Below are positions 58,001-64,000 of a stretch of DNA of 64,000 nucleotides, piece by piece. The notes under the pieces are model-generated. The model worked only from the letters and a program-made list of their open reading frames with translations. It ran no database searches and was not told the DNA's origin. The stretch comes from Bacteroidia bacterium (GTDB taxonomy: Bacteria > Bacteroidota > Bacteroidia > M30B66), in contig OZ257142.1 of assembly GCA_965279035.1 (NCBI GenBank), forward strand, positions 3,232,001 through 3,296,000. The letters are read 5' to 3'. Both the position numbers and the translations under genes were made by a program. Every line of letters begins with the position of its first letter. Position 1 is the stretch's first letter.

Positions 58001-61000
58001 AAGTGATACAACAAATAATTTTACAACAGGTTTGTATTGGGTTGAAAATAGCGGAGATTTACCGAATATTATAAACTTAATTGGTGATAGCAATTCAGTA
58101 TTTATTTTTAATATTCAAGGCAATTTAAATTTAGATTCTTCAATAAAAATTAATTTTATAGGTAGTATTGATGAAAGAAATGTCATTTTTAATGTAAATG
58201 ATACATTATTTCTAAAGGATCCAATTAATGCAACATACATAGCTAGTAGAATTTATTCTAACTATAATTTTTCTAATGAATTAGATTGTATTCTCATCTC
58301 AAAAACTTCAATTTCATTTAAATCAAATCAAAAAATTGGCATTAGAGCTGATTTAAATTGCATTTTCATTGGGTGTAATAGTATAATTAACCCCAATTTT
58401 TATACAGATACTTCTAACTCTCCTTTCGTTGATTTTGGCCACATTTTCGATAATAAAATTGCATTCGAAAGAAACAGGCTTTGCGGATGGGACGACTTTA
58501 CAGGAACACCTGCGGTTTACAGCGAAGTACCAAATGCCAACCCAATAAATTGGAGCGCAATTGTTTGGAGTTCCGGATACCAAGGTGGTGGTTCGGAAGG
58601 TATTATTAGTAAGCCTGGTGGACTTAATGTAAATCCAGAAAAAGTATATGAAATTGAATTTGATTACAGATTAGCAATTAATACTGAAATTGATAATGCA
58701 ACTCAATTTTTAGATCAATTGTTCCTAATATTTGTTGAATCAGGAATTTCAGTACCAAACAATCTACTATTAAATATTGATTCAAAGTCATATCCTGAAT
58801 TGCCTTTTTCAAGCATACCTTCTGCAGGATATATATTCATGAATGATCAAGAATTAAAAAACATAACAAATACTACTTGGAAACATTTTTATGGTACTAT
58901 AAATACTACAGGTTATAATCAAATTAACAGAATGATTATAGCACCACGAACAAACTTAGGTACGAATAATATTCCATATATTCTTATCGATAATTTAAAA
59001 GTAAATGCATGTTGTTCTGGATCTTCGATGAGTATTAATTCAGAGTCAACAATAAACCAAATTCCATTAAATTCTACGAACACAAGTACTTTTTTTACAG
59101 AGGCTTCTGGAAGTACTACTGCTATAATAGAATCTGACTTTGCCACCTATCCGAGTCATATAATAAGTATTAATGGTGATTTAATTGTTGATCAAAATCT
59201 AAATATTACAAATGCAAATATTAAAATGCTTGTTAATTCTAAAATTGTAGTTCAACCAGGGAAAACTTTGAGAATTTTAGATAGCCAAATTAGCTCTTGT
59301 ATACGCATGTGGGATGGAATTGACATTCTACCCGGTGGTATATTAATTATGGATAATTCAATAATATTAGATGCAGATACGGCAGTAAGTTCTTGGGGCG
59401 GTGCTAATTTCAATTTGTCAAATAGTACATTTGAAAACAATGATGTTGGTATTAAATATTGCAGTTACTTATATACATTCCATCCTGGTTATTTAAGAGG
59501 TTGTACTATTAAGGGCAATAATTTATTAAAAAGTCCATTAGAAACTAGATGGTCAAGCGTTGGTGTTTTGATCGAAAGATGTAAAGGTGTACAAGTTGGT
59601 ATAACTGGAATTTCACAAATACACAATACATTTGATAGATTAGTAATTGGAATAGACATTGCCCAAAGTAATGTTACAATTTATAATAATCATTTTTCAA
59701 ATATTGCCAATTCTTCAATTAATTCAAGTCAACCATTTGCTCAATTTTTTGCAATTAGATCTAATGCAATTGGAGGAAACTATACTTTAAGAATTGGAAG
59801 TCCAACTGTTTCTTCAAATGAAAGTAATGATTTTACAAGATGTACAATTGGTATAGCTTCATTTAATGGAAATAATTTTTATGCATATAATAATACCTTT
59901 GATCAAATAGAAACCAGAGCAATCTCTCTGATTTCTAATTCTACACGAATTATTGAGGTGAAGAACAATTACTTTTCTAAATACAATACTGGAATTTACT
60001 TATTTGGTAATGTTAATTCTACAGTTTCTATTAATGATAATAACATGCATATTTTAAATCAATGGCCTCAAGCAAAAGGGATTGATGTTACTGGAAATAT
60101 TTCACCTGCAATTATGCGACTTAATATTTCAGGGAATGATATAAGTTGGGTAAATCAGGGAATTGTTGTAAGAAATGTTATCTCAGGAAATATTAATCCT
60201 TATACTATTGGATATTGTTTTATACATGATAATTTGATAAGAACTACTACATTATCTAATTCATCTACTCGTGGAATATGGGTTTCTAGTTGCACGCGTA
60301 GCAATGTATTTAATAATACAATTACATCATCAAGTGCAAATAATGTGAATGCTAATGGTATTAGATCAGAAAATAGTACTGGATCAGCATTCTGGTGTAA
60401 TGATATTACAGCAAACGGTCACGCTATGTATTTTACTGGTGTTTCTCCTGTTAGTGTTCAGGGTAATAAATTCACTAGCAATTATTCTGGAATTACAATC
60501 GATCATGCAGTAATTGGACCTCAATATGGTATATTTAACGGTTCAACACTTAATAACAAAAAAGCGTCAATGAATTCGTGGTTAGGAACCCACACTCGTC
60601 ACTTTTCTTCCTTAAGTAGTACTGGTTCACTTTCACCTTTTGTTTTAGCTAATGTTACTAACCACCCAGAATATAATCCAGCCGGTTATTCATCTTTTGT
60701 TAATTATTCAAATCCACAAACATCAACAAATGCAATTAATACATCGAATATACTAAGTGTTTCATCATCATCTGGGAATATTGCTTCACTAGTATCTAAT
60801 TTGGAATCATGTGTAATGATTGATTTGGAATATACTGGCGGTGGAGGTGGGGGTGGAGGAACGCACGACATTGTTCAAAATGCACGTTCGTTGTACCAGA
60901 TTTCTAATGAAATAGACTCAATTGATATTTATCATGTTGAAAGCCGTTGGCAAGCAGATCTAGCATTTTATAATTTGGCAAAAAATGATTCTGTTACTTT

Positions 61001-61802
61001 GGTCGACTCTACATTGAATAATTTTTTCTTTCATTTAGATTCAATGTCTACAGGCACTTTGAATAAAATAAGAGAAAATTTCCCAATTTATACTATGAGT
61101 GATACAAATGCTACTGCAGAACAATTGATTGACAGTTTAAATACTTTTGGTTCTGACCTAAGTACAGTATCATCTCAGTTACGCACTTTTGTTTCTTCAA
61201 ATGATGTCCAAACTGCTCAAGTGGCTGTTCTTGATGCTCAAAATTCAATTTCATCTTTTAATAGAATCAAAATAAAACAAATACTCATACTACAATCAGA
61301 TACCATTGATGATTCTTTACAGAATATACAATTGGATAGTCTTAAAAATCTGTCCACTGAGACACCAAATTCGTTACTTGATGAACTATACTCTCTTGCG
61401 CAGGAATGTCCTTACGAAAAAGGATCTGCTGTTTGGTGGGCTCGTGCTTCTTTTCCTGATACAGTTTTTACAAATTCATGTGAAATAATAACAGATTCAA
61501 TAGGTGCACGTATCGGAAATTACAATATTAAAGTCGAAAAACATACGGTCATTGAAAATCCTAGTGTTTATCCCAATCCTGCAATAAATGAGTTTTTTGT
61601 AGTTTTACCTTCGGATATTACAAATGCAGTGTTTGAATTGTACGACATTGCAGGTCAACTAGTTTATAGTACCTTACTATGTCAAACAACTCAGCAAATA
61701 AAAACAAGATCTATTGCCTCAGGTTTGTATCTTTATACTATTAAAGATTTAAATCATAATCTTCTTGGTCATGATAGAATTATCTTAAACAATGAGAAAT
61801 GA
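55041..61802 (+). CDS. Giant (2253 aa) T9SS type A cargo: beta-helical repeats, degenerate DUF3494-like domain, parallel beta-helix
   Basis: Signal peptide; WTGSVSSNWSNSSNW; FPTGGNGQYAP; GDSNSVFIFNIQGNL..NVIFNV; CTD VYPNPA..YDIAGQLV..SGLYLY. Confidence 0.85.
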   Translation: MKNCLLLLFAFIISQCAFATSKTWTGSVSSNWSNSSNWSPSYIPNLGDSVYIHSATNTPVLTDNSYCNTLILTSGAVLDLGGNNFSQSGNLIMNDATIKNGILQLNGLINYPTITLVNSEFDVIISGTIGTLTASNSVFKKSNTFNIRSNSPSYCGGNTFEKPTHISNNGSGELFFGFNAPDTFQDSVFIDAQDLITSSTGDIHMAYNSSSNEFNGFCQFELNSQSSIYFCEGADTASVDFFAQVLIGVAVNSQAIEFSRNAHFHSGAPLELSNLGWISGELRLMGVTMDDSLSIVMDENEKGNSILIDNGSVFSSIVNCTAQSIYLGEATFNDSTTFVKTGDETNQPHYGHIIANAPFSLSNTGTGSFITSYSDSCSFRSDLTLINTDEGSIDIASNGLLKIGGDLKISTSAGRVALGEYSTDTNSVQGNIDLNCNGGLVVLGMIKQSSGTINTTSFANSELDLLGFRSTNSDSLIFTGSDNSRLVLNQCQIQGPFNVELPSIVTNGGIYNGNTLFHKTGSDYDQGGGSMVFHGKAHFKTSSDGYFLLNYDASNNQFWDDLIIECIGDGKVMTASDGSSDLYKNLEFRGSTTPDLIQGSAMNFVGSENQHILSTGSISDFSMATLLVEKPFGELIIEVPLHIQNELNLSKGIIQLSDSNSLFLDSLTIVSFGSDSSYVEGAISRTGTSEFTFPTGGNGQYAPISIEAVSSSTTFKASYIGNDPNSLYSRSSKDSTLGFVNRCGYWKLERIAGTGTTKATLGWSNNPCFSSNPVDAKIALWDGSHWKDKGNGAYSGNSTAGNAQMSNSFASYPAIIDVTGVCGLTAGLSANRDTLYSGYLATITATPTNQSNYKFYVNNVLKQDSSISQFKTHTLVNGDSVKLLVANMDGCESYHTKSIYLITPPLLLNPNLFSNDSIQVFAKDSILSDTSIHVYISGNTLSKFKSQTCYQSHGLFDNDLVNISNKYDSLNLIQSRINIDKGIPIEGSDTTNNFTTGLYWVENSGDLPNIINLIGDSNSVFIFNIQGNLNLDSSIKINFIGSIDERNVIFNVNDTLFLKDPINATYIASRIYSNYNFSNELDCILISKTSISFKSNQKIGIRADLNCIFIGCNSIINPNFYTDTSNSPFVDFGHIFDNKIAFERNRLCGWDDFTGTPAVYSEVPNANPINWSAIVWSSGYQGGGSEGIISKPGGLNVNPEKVYEIEFDYRLAINTEIDNATQFLDQLFLIFVESGISVPNNLLLNIDSKSYPELPFSSIPSAGYIFMNDQELKNITNTTWKHFYGTINTTGYNQINRMIIAPRTNLGTNNIPYILIDNLKVNACCSGSSMSINSESTINQIPLNSTNTSTFFTEASGSTTAIIESDFATYPSHIISINGDLIVDQNLNITNANIKMLVNSKIVVQPGKTLRILDSQISSCIRMWDGIDILPGGILIMDNSIILDADTAVSSWGGANFNLSNSTFENNDVGIKYCSYLYTFHPGYLRGCTIKGNNLLKSPLETRWSSVGVLIERCKGVQVGITGISQIHNTFDRLVIGIDIAQSNVTIYNNHFSNIANSSINSSQPFAQFFAIRSNAIGGNYTLRIGSPTVSSNESNDFTRCTIGIASFNGNNFYAYNNTFDQIETRAISLISNSTRIIEVKNNYFSKYNTGIYLFGNVNSTVSINDNNMHILNQWPQAKGIDVTGNISPAIMRLNISGNDISWVNQGIVVRNVISGNINPYTIGYCFIHDNLIRTTTLSNSSTRGIWVSSCTRSNVFNNTITSSSANNVNANGIRSENSTGSAFWCNDITANGHAMYFTGVSPVSVQGNKFTSNYSGITIDHAVIGPQYGIFNGSTLNNKKASMNSWLGTHTRHFSSLSSTGSLSPFVLANVTNHPEYNPAGYSSFVNYSNPQTSTNAINTSNILSVSSSSGNIASLVSNLESCVMIDLEYTGGGGGGGGTHDIVQNARSLYQISNEIDSIDIYHVESRWQADLAFYNLAKNDSVTLVDSTLNNFFFHLDSMSTGTLNKIRENFPIYTMSDTNATAEQLIDSLNTFGSDLSTVSSQLRTFVSSNDVQTAQVAVLDAQNSISSFNRIKIKQILILQSDTIDDSLQNIQLDSLKNLSTETPNSLLDELYSLAQECPYEKGSAVWWARASFPDTVFTNSCEIITDSIGARIGNYNIKVEKHTVIENPSVYPNPAINEFFVVLPSDITNAVFELYDIAGQLVYSTLLCQTTQQIKTRSIASGLYLYTIKDLNHNLLGHDRIILNNEK

Positions 61803-62734
61803 TTTTTAATTTGAAATTAATTTTTCTTTTGAGCATTGGATTCTACTTTCCTTCTAGCAAAATATTTGGCCAGAACCTAGTTTTAAATCCATCATTTGAG
61901 AATTTGGTGCTTTGTTCAGATAATATTGAAATATTTTCAGCCTCTCATTGGAATAATCCTAACACTGGCACTAGTGATATCTTGAGTTCTTGCAATTATT
62001 CAATACCAAATAGCATCTCAGGCTTTCAATATGCAAAGGATGGAAATTGCTACGCAGGAATGTGTTTATTTGAAGTAAATGATTATAAAGAATACATCCA
62101 AGGTGAATTTAGCCAGATACTAACAAGAAATAAAAAATATAAATTGACTTTTTTTGTTTCATTAGCAGATTCTATTTCATCGGTTTCAATAAGAACATTA
62201 GGATTTTATACTTCTAAAGATAAGATACAAAAAACCGAAAACACTCATTTACCTTATCTGCCTCAAATTGTTGTAGATCCAACAAATAAGAATCTAGTAA
62301 AGGATTGGATTCCTATTGAAGGTTTTTTTATAGCTAATGGTGAAGAAAAATATTTCACAATCGGAAATTTTTCTCCTGATTCATTATCAGATACTACTGC
62401 AATTAACGAAATAAATAATCCTGCATTATTTTACAGAATGTGTTACTTTTATATTGATGATGTTTCTGTAGAAGAAGTAAAATCTGAATTGGACTTAAAA
62501 ATCGTTTCAATTACCAATTCATTATCAAGTGATTTTTTTAGCATTAACTATTTAACTAATATTATACCTTCCCTTGATGTTCAACTATTCGATGGATCAG
62601 GTCGACTAATAAAAGAATTGAACATATACGAAAATATAAACATATCAGTAATTGATTTGTCCCCAGGGATATATTATTGTAGAATATTAAATCAAAATAA
62701 TGTTGTTCTAATAGATAAAATTATTAGAATTTAA
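61799..62734 (+). CDS. Secreted carbohydrate-binding-like (NLVLNPSFE) protein with T9SS type A CTD
   Basis: FG-QNLVLNPSFE..EYIQ..YFTIGNF..YFYIDDVSV; FDGSGRLIK..LSPGIYYC. Confidence 0.8.
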   Translation: MIFNLKLIFLLSIGFYFPSSKIFGQNLVLNPSFENLVLCSDNIEIFSASHWNNPNTGTSDILSSCNYSIPNSISGFQYAKDGNCYAGMCLFEVNDYKEYIQGEFSQILTRNKKYKLTFFVSLADSISSVSIRTLGFYTSKDKIQKTENTHLPYLPQIVVDPTNKNLVKDWIPIEGFFIANGEEKYFTIGNFSPDSLSDTTAINEINNPALFYRMCYFYIDDVSVEEVKSELDLKIVSITNSLSSDFFSINYLTNIIPSLDVQLFDGSGRLIKELNIYENINISVIDLSPGIYYCRILNQNNVVLIDKIIRI

Positions 62735-62960
62735 TATGAATTTACTTTAAAAATGGCACATTTATCTGTAACTTAAAAGAATAATAAAGAGTAAGAAATA
62801 TTTATTTATCCTAATCCAAAAATAAAATATCAGTAAAGCAGTTTATTATTACTCGGAAAATTATAGCATCCAAGCCTAAAGCCAGCTTTTCACGGACATT
62901 CGAGCTCGGACTAGTTTAGAAAATTAACTCATTTAACCCGATTTCTCGATCCACAGTATT

Positions 62961-63523
62961 TTGCTGGTCAGAAATGCAATAGTTTCACTTGATCTATTGA
63001 CCAAGGACGATTCCTTGTATGCGGACTATACTTATCTTACGTTGGAAATAATGGAAGATTCTCTTACTTGGATGCAAATAGCTTCTGTTCAGAAACAGAA
63101 GCTCGAATTTTTGTCTCGATTTCCGTCTAGTATTCAAAGTTACGCCATGGCAGCTAGGCAACTCCGGGGAGATACTATATACCATCGGTATCCCTACATT
63201 GATGTACCATCTGGTGCAAGGCTTGCTGGAACTCAAGTTGAACCCCAACAAAAAAACAAGTAAAGTCTGAAGTAGGAATTTATCCAAATCCGAATAAAGG
63301 TATATTTTCTCTAAATGTGGCTAGCATAACAACAGGTGGACAGACGATTGAAATAGTTGATATTACTGTACGCACATTGCATATCGAATCCTTCGTGAAA
63401 CGGGAAAACAAATACATTGAGAATATACAATTGGATAACTTATCAGTTGGAATTTATTTCTGTAGGGTTTATACTTCTAATAAAGAGTTGCTGGGTATTC
63501 AACGATTTATCATTTCCAAGTAA
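62961..63523 (+). pseudogene. Truncated, frameshifted C-terminal remnant of a large T9SS cargo gene
   Basis: One extra A in the A7 run 63250-63256 joins the two ORFs into ..QQKKQVKSEVGIYPNPNKG..LSVGIYFC; no signal peptide or N-terminus. Confidence 0.65.
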
Positions 63524-64000
63524 TGAAAGAATTTGTCGCATACTTATTTGCTTTTTTAAGTATATCTAGTATTGCACAGGTGCCAACTTTTGCTCGTACA
63601 TACAATGACACGGCAAATTTTGGTGGAAATGCATCTAGACCTGTTGAACTCGACAGCGGCAGTTATTATATTGCTAGCTCTGGATTTAGTTTGGTTGTAG
63701 AAGATGGTGGATTTCAGAGAATTCTTTCTTATGATGACTCTGGCGATATTATCTTGGATAATTTCAGGTATGTTCAATCAAGACGCTTTTTCGATTTCTG
63801 TTCGATGATAAAAAGCAATGACGGAAATCTTCTTTTGTTTAATGCACGAAGTTGGATTAATGATGCAGGAGGAACTCAAATCTTTGTATTAAAACTAAGC
63901 CCGGACTTAACAGATACACTTTGGTCATATTACCATCATGACTCACTGTATTATGATACTCCAGAAGATTTAATTGAAACAACAAGCGGTGAAATTGCAT
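63523..64000 (+). CDS. Secreted beta-propeller-like protein, runs off the window end
   Basis: MKEFVAYLFAFLSISSIA-QVPTFARTY..; open to base 64000; not in the ORF track because there is no stop. Confidence 0.75.
   Translation, partial: MKEFVAYLFAFLSISSIAQVPTFARTYNDTANFGGNASRPVELDSGSYYIASSGFSLVVEDGGFQRILSYDDSGDIILDNFRYVQSRRFFDFCSMIKSNDGNLLLFNARSWINDAGGTQIFVLKLSPDLTDTLWSYYHHDSLYYDTPEDLIETTSGEIA

Noticed and set aside
94-63777. Numerous 60-120 aa ORFs antisense to or nested in long genes
   Set aside because: Shadow frames of well-supported CDSs with no motifs

Overview
Bacteroidota chromosome segment, based on TAnnTTTG promoters, T9SS sorting domains and the tmRNA tag GENNYALAA. Positions 1-13.3 kb are ordinary host genes: acyl-CoA carboxyltransferase, a T9SS cargo protein, rluF, an SDR, a CpcT-like protein, lepB, WbqC, a hybrid histidine kinase and an AlaDH/PNT-family dehydrogenase. 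The tmRNA (13323-13710) is the integration site of an apparently complete ~39.7 kb tailed prophage (13687-53440) bounded by a perfect 25-bp direct repeat. The prophage carries an integrase, cI/cro switch, initiator tRNA, ParB, replication initiator, S49 protease/capsid, terminase, portal, CHAP endolysin/u-spanin and tail genes. Most notable points: (i) a three-gene, host-type T9SS secreted-protein cassette between terminase and portal, in which only the last protein has the sorting domain; (ii) a GTCCTTT-N20-box promoter motif shared by this cassette and the three morphogenesis operons; (iii) a tape-measure protein fused to a collagen/fibre stub; (iv) an integrase ORF whose possible start lies across the att site; (v) a soluble+membrane two-gene candidate defence module; (vi) several structured non-coding elements and an over-represented GGCGATCGCC palindrome. 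Right of attR is an AT-rich T9SS cargo locus with a 2253-aa protein and two frameshifted genes. Protein family calls come from motif recognition by eye, not database searches.
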